A DNA stretch of 64,000 nt from an uncultured virus (IMG/VR IMGVR_UViG_3300021598_001257). Lineage: Duplodnaviria; Heunggongvirae; Uroviricota; Caudoviricetes. Position 1 is the first letter of the stretch. Every line of letters starts with the position of its first letter. The DNA lies in IMG/VR virus record IMGVR_UViG_3300021598_001257; one strand, given 5' to 3'. Both the position numbers and the translations under genes were made by a program. Below the pieces are notes generated by a model. That model had not been told where the DNA came from and made no database searches. It saw only the letters and a program-made list of their open reading frames with translations. Below, piece by piece: positions 45,240-55,132 of this stretch.

Positions 45240-47737
45240 GAGAAAAATGATTCAAGGTTTACTTTTTTTTCCACACTCCACCCAATAGCATCAAGGATAA
45301 TTTTGAGTGGTTCTAGAAATGCTTTCTCAAATTGTAGGTCATAGTCTATGTATCTGTCAAGGTTAAGTTCCTTAGGAAACTCTTGGATGAAAGAGATAAT
45401 ATTCTCATGAATACTATTTGGTTTTTTCAAATAGATAAACTTTATCTTTTCGCCATTCTGAATGAGGGAGTATTTGTTTGTTAGTTTATTCTGTTTAATA
45501 TAATGATTGAAGAGAAGTGCTCCACGAATATGAATAGGAGTCCCCTTGATATAGATATTCGAAGATGATTGGTACTTAACTACATCAGAAGCTGACCTTG
45601 GGAAAGAGATAGTTTCTGGAGCAAGTGTCTTAAATTCAAGGCGACATTTCTCAATAAAATCGATTACCTCATCTTCAGTCCCACTCATCATTAATTTAAG
45701 AGCATCTTTAATCATCTTGCGACAAGGAGCAGGAGTTGAAGATTTAACTGCTTCAATGCCCATCATCTTCAGTTTAGGTTCTTTATATCGAACCCCTTCA
45801 CTATCCCAAACATTAAGAATATATCGTTTCTTGGCAGTCCAGATTCCACGGTCGGCAATATTCTCCCGTTTCATCTGCATCTTTTGGTCATATGCATTCA
45901 CATATGTCGCCAGTTCTTGATAAGAACTTTCAATATACTTTTCAAGTTCCATCGAAGCGACCTTATCAAGGAACGAAACAACGCTTTCAGTAGTTTTCTC
46001 TCTTCCTTTGTATACACTTTCAACCAAAGGGCCCATATTAAGATAAATGGAATCAGTGTCAGAAGCAATGACATAATCAACATCCTGGGTCTTAAGAATC
46101 TTATTGAGGTATGTATTCATTTTACCTTCAATCCATCGGATAGAAACTTGACCACTCAAAGTGATTGCTTCAGCATTCTCAAGTTTGTAATAACGAAAAT
46201 ACTGATTACCAATAGCACCATAAGCAGAGTTTAGAGAAATTTTCTTAGCCATCTGAATGTTATTACATCGAGCAATCTCTTTCACAAGTTCCTTGTTCTT
46301 GGTCTTCTCATATTCTTTTTTTGCTTCAATCATCTTCTTTTTGAAGATGACACGATCCTGATACATTTTTTCCATCAGTTCTGGAAGAAATCCACGAACA
46401 TCTTTGCGGAACATTGCGCCATTAGCACATACAGCATAATCACTATACATTTCAAAACTAATGTCTTGATTTAGAATCTTATCTACAGTAACAGTTGGGT
46501 GCCTCTCTTCCATAAGAGTTTCTGGTGAAATATTATATTGCATAATCAAATGTGGATATAGACTATTCAAGTCAAAGTTTACAACCCAGTCATACTTTCC
46601 TGGTTTTGGCTCTTTTACATACGCACCAGCATACTTTTCATTCTTCTGAGACTTATTTCTTGGAGGAATAACAATGTTACGTTTCTTGAGATAATTGTAG
46701 ATGATATTATCCCACATCCGAACTTGGTAAAACACATCAGCATAATTTACTTTAGCATCATATGCCATCGTAAGTGCAAGTTCAATCAACTTCATCTTGT
46801 CTTCCAGACGGTCAACAAGTTCTACGTCAACGATGTTATACTCAATAAACTTCTGCCACCCCTTCGTATAAAAGTCCTTAAATGTATCAAACTCAGAGTG
46901 GTCCAGTTTTTTCTGACCGAGTTCTACTTCAGCAATGTAATCGAGACGATAAGATTCCTGGGCTTTATAAGTAAACTTTTTATAAAGATCGAGATAATCA
47001 AGTTGAGTTAATCCACCAACGTCAAATGTAGTGTGCTTACGTCCATTAATAAACACTTCACCTTCAGTCACTAGTCCCCAGTTTGAAAATCTCTTCATGA
47101 GTTTCTCGCCAAGAACACGATTTAGTCTCTTACAAATATATGGAATATCATACATTTGAATATTCCATCCAGTCACAACATCTGGAACGTCAATCATCCA
47201 ATAGTTGATGAAATGATTAAGAAGTTCATGCTCACTGGGACAGTAGTGATACGTCACATTACTCTGTTTGTTATTGAATGGTTTAACTCCCCAAGTAACA
47301 ATTTCTTTAGTCGTATAGTCCTGAATTGTAATTGCAAGGATTTCTTCCGAACAAGATTCCACATCAGGGAATCCTTGTTCAGATGCAACCTCAATATCCA
47401 AAGTTACAAGTTTGATTTTACTAATATCAAACTTGATTTCATCTTCTGGATATTTTTCCGAGATGTATTGATAGATATATCTATCATTTCCGTAAATTTC
47501 GAATCCATCAATTTCATCATACTTTTTGTAGAACTCACGACAATCCTTTACTGTTCCAGGATTGATTGGTTCTACTGCTTCTCCGCTTAGTGTTCTATAC
47601 TTAGAATCTTTTTTAGTTTTTACAAAGAGAGTTGGGAAAAACTCATCCCTAGTTTCAAATCTTTTGCCATTATCTACTCCACGAACCAAAAATTGATTCC
47701 CAATCAACTGAATATTAGTATAGAACTTTTGTGTCAT
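45236..47737 (-). CDS. gp43: DNA polymerase family B (T4 gp43)
   Basis: DIEV exonuclease motif, FDLNSLYP, KISLNSAYG, SDTDS, KKRY. Confidence 0.97.
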   Translation of the reverse strand: MTQKFYTNIQLIGNQFLVRGVDNGKRFETRDEFFPTLFVKTKKDSKYRTLSGEAVEPINPGTVKDCREFYKKYDEIDGFEIYGNDRYIYQYISEKYPEDEIKFDISKIKLVTLDIEVASEQGFPDVESCSEEILAITIQDYTTKEIVTWGVKPFNNKQSNVTYHYCPSEHELLNHFINYWMIDVPDVVTGWNIQMYDIPYICKRLNRVLGEKLMKRFSNWGLVTEGEVFINGRKHTTFDVGGLTQLDYLDLYKKFTYKAQESYRLDYIAEVELGQKKLDHSEFDTFKDFYTKGWQKFIEYNIVDVELVDRLEDKMKLIELALTMAYDAKVNYADVFYQVRMWDNIIYNYLKKRNIVIPPRNKSQKNEKYAGAYVKEPKPGKYDWVVNFDLNSLYPHLIMQYNISPETLMEERHPTVTVDKILNQDISFEMYSDYAVCANGAMFRKDVRGFLPELMEKMYQDRVIFKKKMIEAKKEYEKTKNKELVKEIARCNNIQMAKKISLNSAYGAIGNQYFRYYKLENAEAITLSGQVSIRWIEGKMNTYLNKILKTQDVDYVIASDTDSIYLNMGPLVESVYKGREKTTESVVSFLDKVASMELEKYIESSYQELATYVNAYDQKMQMKRENIADRGIWTAKKRYILNVWDSEGVRYKEPKLKMMGIEAVKSSTPAPCRKMIKDALKLMMSGTEDEVIDFIEKCRLEFKTLAPETISFPRSASDVVKYQSSSNIYIKGTPIHIRGALLFNHYIKQNKLTNKYSLIQNGEKIKFIYLKKPNSIHENIISFIQEFPKELNLDRYIDYDLQFEKAFLEPLKIILDAIGWSVEKKVNLESFFS

Positions 47738-47997
47738 TCTTTAATCAAATCCTCGTATTTTTCAAGTAGAGTTGGAGTTGGGTCAGCAAGTGTAATAATT
47801 TTATCCGAACTAATCATAAAATTCTTTTCCTTTGTGTACCCACAAAGAAAAGGTTCCATAGTATAATCACTCCTAATAACAAATGGACTGACTAATTTAC
47901 AATCAGGTTCTCCAATATCGGCACCAACTTCTTTAATTTCACTTATTAAAATTAAGTTGTTCAATAATGCAATAATTTTTACTAGGGGTTTTTCCAT
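47734..47997 (-). CDS. hypothetical protein
   Basis: 87-aa ORF, GEPDCKL. Confidence 0.75.
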   Translation of the reverse strand: MEKPLVKIIALLNNLILISEIKEVGADIGEPDCKLVSPFVIRSDYTMEPFLCGYTKEKNFMISSDKIITLADPTPTLLEKYEDLIKE

Positions 47998-48094
47998 CTT
48001 ACATCACAAGTTTCCCTTATTCTACCAACAAAAAAAGGAGGAGTCAACCTGGATTTTGCCAGGTGCTCCTCGCGCCGACGATATTCAGTTGTAT

Positions 48095-48535
48095 TTATAG
48101 ATAATCTTTACGAGTATGGTGTTCTGGAACGATCTTGCCAAGTTTTACTGTAAGTAGTCCATCCTCAAATAAGACTTCTCGTACTTCCGTATCGTCTGAT
48201 AGTGTCCATGCTCTCTTGAAACTTCTTTGAGCCAGTCCCTTATGGACGTAATTGGTATCAGACTCTTTATCTTCTTTTTGTCCTTCGATAAAAAGTTTTC
48301 CATACTCTGTGTATACATGTACTTCCTCATTTTTAAATCCAGCGAGTGCAAGTTCAAGTCGAGATTCTACATTACTAATATGAATCAAATTATATGGTGG
48401 GTAATTAGAAGTAGTTTCATGAATGTTAAAAATTCGGTCAAAGTATTCATCCATTCCAATACTATTGCGAGCAATCCTATCCATCAGACCAGGAAGATCC
48501 GCAGAGGTAAACCTAGAAGTTGCAAGGTTAGTCAT
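48095..48535 (-). CDS. small heat shock protein Hsp20
   Basis: YPPYN, LALAGF, HKGLAQRSFKR, DGLL; AGGAG RBS. Confidence 0.93.
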   Translation of the reverse strand: MTNLATSRFTSADLPGLMDRIARNSIGMDEYFDRIFNIHETTSNYPPYNLIHISNVESRLELALAGFKNEEVHVYTEYGKLFIEGQKEDKESDTNYVHKGLAQRSFKRAWTLSDDTEVREVLFEDGLLTVKLGKIVPEHHTRKDYL

Positions 48536-48694
48536 TATGGTAGCTCCTTTAAAAGCGAGTTTGTGTTGTGTGGACCCTTTTGGCATCCATTATTAATTAT
48601 ACAAGATACGAAAAAAAGAGGAACGGTAATAACCGAACCTCTTTTTAGGGTGTTCCGACTTTTGTAGAGTGCCGCACGAATGGCACACCACTAT

Positions 48695-49132
48695 TTATTC
48701 GGTTTCTACTGCTTTTCCTTTCTTACCAATGTTATACTTTTGCTCCAGAATCCAATCTCCTTTGTCCTTATATGCAAGAACTTTAATTTGATTTAGTGGT
48801 GCAATATCAAGTACAGAGTCTGGATTAACAACAGTAATTAGACCCCAATCAGTTAAAAGACGAACAATACGATTGCGTCTCTGAACGTCATTTACTGTAA
48901 GATTTGCATGTTTACCATCAAGAGCAAACAATTCTTTAAAGTGAACGATGAAATATCTACCTTGCTTATGTAGAATATGGCAAGATTGATAGAGTTTTTT
49001 CTCCTTACGTGAAGCAACTCCGATACGGGTCAGGGTTTCACGAACTTTAAGGAAGTCGTCAGGTTCATTAAGAATTACTTCTACCATTTGGTCTTGAGAC
49101 CATTCAACAGTAGGTTCTACCGTAGTAGTCAT
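48695..49132 (-). CDS. regA: translational repressor RegA
   Basis: DDFLKVRETLTRIG, LYQSCHILHKQG. Confidence 0.96.
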   Translation of the reverse strand: MTTTVEPTVEWSQDQMVEVILNEPDDFLKVRETLTRIGVASRKEKKLYQSCHILHKQGRYFIVHFKELFALDGKHANLTVNDVQRRNRIVRLLTDWGLITVVNPDSVLDIAPLNQIKVLAYKDKGDWILEQKYNIGKKGKAVETE

Positions 49133-49515
49133 TTTTTTCCTCCAATATCAAGTCGTTTTTTGATGAAAGTTAGTTGTTCTTTTGTCAGGATTTTCAGTGC
49201 TTGGGATGCTTTTTCATTACTATAACCATAGTATTGTTTTATACATTCTAAGTCTGTAACCTTATCCTTTCGGAGCCAGGGAGAAAATCTCTTCTTTTTC
49301 CTCAAACTATTTAGATAAAATGAATATTGCATACGTTTATCGAGATGGTGATTCATATTCATTTCATTAGCAAAAAGAATCGTGTCAATCTGACCCGATA
49401 AACATTTATTGATAATGTAAGGTGCATATTCTTTTATGCTTGTCTCATCATCTTTCATCAAATCTTCTTTTGTGAAGTTGATAGAATTCAACCAATCTTT
49501 AAGTTCGTAAGTCAT
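49129..49515 (-). CDS. gp62: clamp loader small subunit (gp62)
   Basis: YIINKCLS, ANEMN, YYGYS.EKA; position next to regA. Confidence 0.9.
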   Translation of the reverse strand: MTYELKDWLNSINFTKEDLMKDDETSIKEYAPYIINKCLSGQIDTILFANEMNMNHHLDKRMQYSFYLNSLRKKKRFSPWLRKDKVTDLECIKQYYGYSNEKASQALKILTKEQLTFIKKRLDIGGKK

Positions 49516-50627
49516 CGTATAATCTGAATATCGTCATCATCGGTCCAAAGTTCAACTTTTGTTCGGAACCTATTTTCTTCTTTTAGTTTTTCATATCTCT
49601 TCGACGCTTTTTTCTTCCACCAAGAAATAATGTTTTCTAGATAAAATTTATCCCAGTTTGAACCACGAAGAAGTTGGGTATGTTCGCCAAGTATCACTTC
49701 ACGAACATTTGAATATCCATAATCAGAAATATAAAATCTCTTCTTTTGAGTGAGATTAAATGCAACATCAATTACACGATTAAACTCATCAAGTTTTTTC
49801 TTATCTTGAAGAGAATTTTTTATGATCGAAATCATTTTTGTCTGACGCTTCATCTTTTTAGATGATGCCTTATTATCAGTCAAAGGTGTATTGTTATTGA
49901 GATAGGTAAATCTATCGTGAAGTTTATGAAACACATCATCATGAAGAAGAGGTAAGAACTTACTCTCAGTCAAACCTTTATATCGCATGAATGGTTTTAG
50001 ACCATCATACTGAGATGCATCTGTAGTTGAACCATACAGAGAAGTTGTTTCAAAGAGAGCAATATCTTTTTCAAACACTTTGTTTAGTGTTTCTCTTGCG
50101 TAGTGAGAGCAGCAAAGTAGAGCAAGGAGTTTTCCACCAAGGTAATTGTATCCAAAAGGTTGAGAAGGAACAATTACAAATCCCATAGCAGCATGACGAT
50201 TGAAAATAGAAAGGTCTGGAGTTTTTCCCAACCATTCATTTCTTGGTTTAGAATTAATAGTTGGAGAACCAAAACGAATAAATCCAACTACCTTTCCAGT
50301 ATTCTTTTCATACACCATCCACCGCAATTCTCTACCAGGAATATTCGATTCATTATTGTGGGAGGATACAACCTTCAAAAGAGTGTTGTAGTGTTCTTGT
50401 GGTAATGATTGCTGAAAACGGTCGCCAATAAACTTAATATCAAACTCCATATCTTCCGGATGAATATCTTCATTCAGAAATTCATCATGAAGTGGCGCAA
50501 GTGTATTAGAACTCTTAATAACTTCTTTCTTCACAAAACGCAAATAATCCTCAATATTTCCCATTTGAGAGAAATAATTGATAAATTCACCAGCAGCCCA
50601 TTGAGCGTCTTGTTCGGAAATAATCAT
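49512..50627 (-). CDS. DUF4338/DruA-like protein
   Basis: PGRELR, PFGYNYLGGKLLALL, TTSLYG..SQYDGL. Confidence 0.7.
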   Translation of the reverse strand: MIISEQDAQWAAGEFINYFSQMGNIEDYLRFVKKEVIKSSNTLAPLHDEFLNEDIHPEDMEFDIKFIGDRFQQSLPQEHYNTLLKVVSSHNNESNIPGRELRWMVYEKNTGKVVGFIRFGSPTINSKPRNEWLGKTPDLSIFNRHAAMGFVIVPSQPFGYNYLGGKLLALLCCSHYARETLNKVFEKDIALFETTSLYGSTTDASQYDGLKPFMRYKGLTESKFLPLLHDDVFHKLHDRFTYLNNNTPLTDNKASSKKMKRQTKMISIIKNSLQDKKKLDEFNRVIDVAFNLTQKKRFYISDYGYSNVREVILGEHTQLLRGSNWDKFYLENIISWWKKKASKRYEKLKEENRFRTKVELWTDDDDIQIIR

Positions 50628-51568
50628 TTAAATTCACACTCACACATAATTTCAGTAAGAGCAGCAAGAAGATTTACTTCCTGGTCAGCCACAAACGCAC
50701 ATTGGTATTGGTACTTAGCAACAACAAGAACGGCAGCAGGGATAGATGAGGGTGAAAGACAATCAAAAGCGGCGTCATAAACCCTGCGAAGTAGACTAGA
50801 AGCATCGTTATCCAAGTTGGAGACCACCCACTTTCGGACTTCAGTAAAGTTTTTATCTTTGAGGTTTTTGATGAGTTCATTTACAGAAACGTCTGAGAAA
50901 GATGCAAGAATGCCCGAGTCGATTTTTCCTCCTGTAGAATACCTCTGGCATTCGTTGAGGACCCTACGAAAATCTGGGAAGTGTTTTGATACAAGTTCCG
51001 CAACGACTTTTTGATCGTACTCAATCTTTTCCGCATCCAAGATTGATTGAAGTCGTTGAAAGAAACTACCTGCGAGTTGTACACGCTGTTTCCCTTTGAT
51101 GGTGAAGTCGATGACAGCACATCGGGAGTGAAGAGGTTCAATAATCTTGTTCTTGTAGTTGCAGGTGAAGATGAATCGGCAGTTGTTATAAAATGCCTCA
51201 ATATTCGCCCGTAGTAGGAGTTGAACATCATTTCCCGTGTTGTCAGCTTCGTCAATAATGATGACCTTGTGTTTAGAAGATCCCGTAAGTGAGACGGTCG
51301 AAGCGAAGTTCTTTGCTTGGTTCCGCACAGTATCCAAGAAACGTCCTTCGTCGGATCCATTGATGACATAATAATCTGCCCCCAACTCATTGCATAATGC
51401 TTTTGCGATTGTAGTTTTACCGATACCAGGAGGTCCAGCAAGAAGGAGATTAGGAATCTCCCCCTTCGCTACAAACTCCTTAAAGGTTTTTTTAGTATCA
51501 TCAGGAAGAATACAGTCATCAATTACTTGAGGACGATATCGTTCCACGAAGAGGAAATCACTGCTCAT
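50624..51568 (-). CDS. gp44: clamp loader large subunit (gp44)
   Basis: ERYRP, GPPGIGKTT, IIDEAD, LHSRC. Confidence 0.95.
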   Translation of the reverse strand: MSSDFLFVERYRPQVIDDCILPDDTKKTFKEFVAKGEIPNLLLAGPPGIGKTTIAKALCNELGADYYVINGSDEGRFLDTVRNQAKNFASTVSLTGSSKHKVIIIDEADNTGNDVQLLLRANIEAFYNNCRFIFTCNYKNKIIEPLHSRCAVIDFTIKGKQRVQLAGSFFQRLQSILDAEKIEYDQKVVAELVSKHFPDFRRVLNECQRYSTGGKIDSGILASFSDVSVNELIKNLKDKNFTEVRKWVVSNLDNDASSLLRRVYDAAFDCLSPSSIPAAVLVVAKYQYQCAFVADQEVNLLAALTEIMCECEFK

Positions 51569-51570
51569 AA

Positions 51571-52083
51571 TTAAATCCATTCAGGTTTTCGTTGAGGCAT
51601 ACGAAGATAATTATCAGCAACCCAAGGTTTGGATGCGATGTATTTTTTGTATGCTTCAAATGTATCAATAGTGTCGTCAAACTTCCATTCCTCGGGCATA
51701 GCACGAGCAAATGGACTTACTTCTGTAATCTTACCCTTGGGGAACAAGTAGTATGCATCTACAAGGGTTTTATAGCAGGAGTGAGTTTTATTATACCTCA
51801 GGCAGTATTCATCAGACAAGTTCAATCCCCACTTAATTAACCAGTAGGCATTATGGATACTCTCCATTGCCCACTTGGTGCAGGGATGATTGCGGAATGC
51901 TCCTTTCTCGGTCTTGTAGGGGGTCCCATCTGCCTTAGGGAGAGTGCCATATCCATGCCCCCACTTGTCAGAAGCAACGATAGAGAGCATCTGACAGCAC
52001 TCTAGGGGCATTTTGACAATATGTTTGTCGGGGAGGCAAATGGCACTCTCAGCAGGCCAAGGAGAAGTAACAAAGATGTTCAT
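51571..52083 (-). CDS. pyrimidine-dimer DNA glycosylase-like protein
   Basis: MNIF...DKHIVKMPLECCQML, NHPCTKW. Confidence 0.78.
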   Translation of the reverse strand: MNIFVTSPWPAESAICLPDKHIVKMPLECCQMLSIVASDKWGHGYGTLPKADGTPYKTEKGAFRNHPCTKWAMESIHNAYWLIKWGLNLSDEYCLRYNKTHSCYKTLVDAYYLFPKGKITEVSPFARAMPEEWKFDDTIDTFEAYKKYIASKPWVADNYLRMPQRKPEWI

Positions 52084-52748
52084 CAACCAAATGTAGAATC
52101 AGGCTCCAGAGCAATATGATAAGTCACATCAAACCCAGTATTCTTGAATCGTGACAAAAGTTTACTGGAGATTACGACCTCATAGTTTCCAGGAATAATC
52201 TTGATGTTCTCTACCTTGAAGTTAAAAGTGAATACTTCATCGGTTTCACCGACAACCACAGAGAAATCGTTAGAGGTATCGTTCTTCTTATCACGAACTA
52301 CCAGTTTCACCACACCTGCTTCACCAACCACAGACAGGTCAGGAAGTTGATACACAGCAGCAGCCTTAAGGAGTTTGTCAAGTTCTTTGGTATCAAGAAG
52401 GAAACAAACATCTTCACTAGGCAAAACAATATCTTTGTCTGGAGGAGTGATGATTACATTGGGATCAGCAAAGAAATACTTAGAGCGAGACTTACCTTCT
52501 TTGATTACAACATAACCATCATTCTGAAAATCTAGTTCAGCATTTTGGTGAAGATTGAGTCCATTAAGAAACTGGTTTAGATCATAGATACCAAAATCCT
52601 TAGGCAGTTCTTCTTCAATTGTTGCCTCTGCAAGAATGTTCTTCATTACAGAAATAGTGCGAAGACTGCTCCCTTCCTTAAACAGAATGGATTGATTAAT
52701 GGAAGAAAAGTTCTTCAGCAGAGTCAGAGTTTTATCAGAGAGTTTCAT
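52083..52748 (-). CDS. gp45: sliding clamp (gp45)
   Basis: LKNFSSINQSI, FGIYDLNQFL, IALE. Confidence 0.95.
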   Translation of the reverse strand: MKLSDKTLTLLKNFSSINQSILFKEGSSLRTISVMKNILAEATIEEELPKDFGIYDLNQFLNGLNLHQNAELDFQNDGYVVIKEGKSRSKYFFADPNVIITPPDKDIVLPSEDVCFLLDTKELDKLLKAAAVYQLPDLSVVGEAGVVKLVVRDKKNDTSNDFSVVVGETDEVFTFNFKVENIKIIPGNYEVVISSKLLSRFKNTGFDVTYHIALEPDSTFG

Positions 52749-53236
52749 CACTTATTTTCAACAAGGTTAAGGTGGTTAATCAAAAGAATAGTATAGTGCA
52801 GAACCTTGAATAGATCAGCACGAGGAGTACCTTTAGTATCATAACGATCTGTGTACTTGGTAATATTACCAGCACAGAAACCTTCACGACGATTGTGCTT
52901 AATCTTGTCTAGTGTTTGCTCAGTTCCACCACCAGTCCTATCTACATAATGCTGACTATAAGTGCCAGCAATATACTCCTCAAGTTGCTTTAGGATTTTG
53001 TCTTCATTGTATTTCCAAAATCCATTTTTGTTTGTATCTTCAGTCATAGGCGAATTAAAAGTAATCGTATCAGAGGCAGCATAAGGATTTCCAGTTAAAC
53101 TAATTCCATCCTCATACAAATAATCTTGAGATGGTTGAATAGTACCAAAATTAATGATGTCAGTTCCACATCCACCAGAAATCATATTATCTCCAAGAAT
53201 AAAATCTTTATAAGTGCTCTCAAAGTTTTCAGACAT
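52748..53236 (-). CDS. hypothetical protein (DUF3310-like C-terminus)
   Basis: TYSQHY, FCAGNITKY..RY..KG..DL.K..HY. Confidence 0.7.
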   Translation of the reverse strand: MSENFESTYKDFILGDNMISGGCGTDIINFGTIQPSQDYLYEDGISLTGNPYAASDTITFNSPMTEDTNKNGFWKYNEDKILKQLEEYIAGTYSQHYVDRTGGGTEQTLDKIKHNRREGFCAGNITKYTDRYDTKGTPRADLFKVLHYTILLINHLNLVENK

Positions 53237-53291
53237 TGTGTTTCATAGTAAAGGATAAAAAGAGGAGGCACATTGACCTCCAAATATTCTA

Positions 53292-54383
53292 TCAGTTTGC
53301 TTGTTGTTCGTCAACAGGCATCTGAAAGTCAGCATCCACTTTATCATACAGTTCCAGGAAAGCCTGTTTGGTTTCGTCATCAAAGCGATTCACACACACT
53401 TGGATTGCCTTTGCCTTATCTTGGAAGATGCTGTAAGCACGGATGATGTGGACTAGACGACGGGTGCTGATGATTTCCTCAATACCACCGTCATAGAAGG
53501 TCTTGCGGATGATATCCGCCCAATCCACCATGCGCTTGCAGAAGTCACGGTCTTCCACACCAAGGTCCAGAGCGATGCCTTCCAGAATCTTTTGCTCAGT
53601 AGCAGGAGCAGGATATGACTGCTCAAAGGTAACGGGGAAACGCTCAAGGAATGCCTCGTTGAGAACGTTGGTGCCAATGAAACGGCCGTCATCAGAACCC
53701 TTACCCTTGGTATTGGCAGTAGCAATCACATTGAAACCAGTAGCAGGTTTTACCCAGCGACCAATCTTTTTCAGGAAGACACCTTTTCCTTCAAGAATGG
53801 ATTGGAGGCACAGAATTTTGTTGCTAGCGAGGTCGATTTCGTCAAGAAGTAGGATTGCTCCTCGCTCCAGTGCCTCAATGACGGGACCGTTGTGCCAAGC
53901 AGTATTCCCATCAACAAGGCGGAAACCACCAATCAAGTCGTCTTCATCAGTCTCAATCGTAATGTTTACACGAATCAGTTCACGCTTCAGTTGAGCACAA
54001 GCTTGCTCCACACTGAACGTTTTACCATTACCCGAAAGACCCGTAATGAACGTTGGATAAAAAAGACGGGACTGAATAATTTTTTTAATATCGTTAAAGT
54101 TACCAAACTTGACGAAGGTATCATCTTTATCAGGAATGAGGTTTTGTTCGATAGGAGGAACCACAGAGGGTGCTTGGAAAGTACGTTCGATTTCTTCTAC
54201 TTTTTGTTGAGTCACTTCAAGATTCCATTTGCCACGACCAACTTTGAATTGATCAAGTTTCTTAGTTACGGTTTGATAGTTAGCATCGTTCAGATTACAC
54301 CAGGCACGAATATCAGCACCAGTTACGGTGTTTCCATAGAGGTTTTGAAGAGAAGTGCGGATGTAGTCGGAGGAGAGTGCCAT
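53292..54383 (-). CDS. cobS: CobS-like/MoxR AAA+ ATPase
   Basis: GLSGNGKT, LLDEID, ATANTKG, NEAFLERF. Confidence 0.88.
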   Translation of the reverse strand: MALSSDYIRTSLQNLYGNTVTGADIRAWCNLNDANYQTVTKKLDQFKVGRGKWNLEVTQQKVEEIERTFQAPSVVPPIEQNLIPDKDDTFVKFGNFNDIKKIIQSRLFYPTFITGLSGNGKTFSVEQACAQLKRELIRVNITIETDEDDLIGGFRLVDGNTAWHNGPVIEALERGAILLLDEIDLASNKILCLQSILEGKGVFLKKIGRWVKPATGFNVIATANTKGKGSDDGRFIGTNVLNEAFLERFPVTFEQSYPAPATEQKILEGIALDLGVEDRDFCKRMVDWADIIRKTFYDGGIEEIISTRRLVHIIRAYSIFQDKAKAIQVCVNRFDDETKQAFLELYDKVDADFQMPVDEQQAN

Positions 54384-54447
54384 TCGTTTGCTTTGTTTCA
54401 ACCTAGTCATTATAAACCAAAAAAGGGTCCGCTTGGGACCCCGGTGG

Positions 54448-54633
54448 TCAGTTTGCCAACTGGTTCTTGAGTTCTTTTAGGTACTCCTCACTGGCAATAT
54501 GTCCGGTATAACCTGGGTAATATTTTTTTACAAGTGCAGGAATGCCCATAGCAGTTGTACTACTATTACACTTAATCCATATTTCTTTAGTGTCGTATTT
54601 TACTACGTGTTCAAATGGAAATTTAGTCTTCAT
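54448..54633 (-). CDS. hypothetical protein
   Basis: MKTKFPFEHVV... Confidence 0.65.
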   Translation of the reverse strand: MKTKFPFEHVVKYDTKEIWIKCNSSTTAMGIPALVKKYYPGYTGHIASEEYLKELKNQLAN

Positions 54634-55132
54634 AAGTAAATGTTTTGTTTTTAACTTTTGTATCGAATTCACCAGTTCTACCTGGTTTCATTTTACCAAC
54701 TTTAACACGCTTACCTTCTCCAGGCCAAGACTTATTAGTTCCAACAAGTTGAGCACCACCTTTTGGTTTCTTTTGAATTAAAACAGAATCTTGATTATAT
54801 TTCTTACCAAGTTTAGTGATTGCTTTCTTAAAAGTTCTTTTACCCTTTTTACCAGAAGAAATTACGTGTGATTTCTCACCAACTTTCTTCTCTTGAGGAG
54901 TTCCTGGGTTTTCGGTATATCTTCCAGAAACTTTAGTAGGTCCCGGAAGACCAGCACCTCTAATGTCTTTCTCTAGTTGCTTAGAACGAGACTTATTTTC
55001 CGTCTTTGACTTATCACCTCTTTGGGCAGACATAATTGCCATGCCACCTTTTTGTGATTTTGAGCGAACTCTATTCAAAGAGGTTTCTTGAATAGAGCAG
55101 CACTCTACCATAAATTCTTGGAATGTCTTCAT
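54623..55132 (-). CDS. putative internal head protein
   Basis: MKTFQEFMVE N-terminus; KYNQDSVL. Confidence 0.75.
   Translation of the reverse strand: MKTFQEFMVECCSIQETSLNRVRSKSQKGGMAIMSAQRGDKSKTENKSRSKQLEKDIRGAGLPGPTKVSGRYTENPGTPQEKKVGEKSHVISSGKKGKRTFKKAITKLGKKYNQDSVLIQKKPKGGAQLVGTNKSWPGEGKRVKVGKMKPGRTGEFDTKVKNKTFTYED

Noticed and set aside
53503..54470. + strand ORFs of 163 and 192 aa opposite cobS
   Set aside because: Antisense shadows with no motifs
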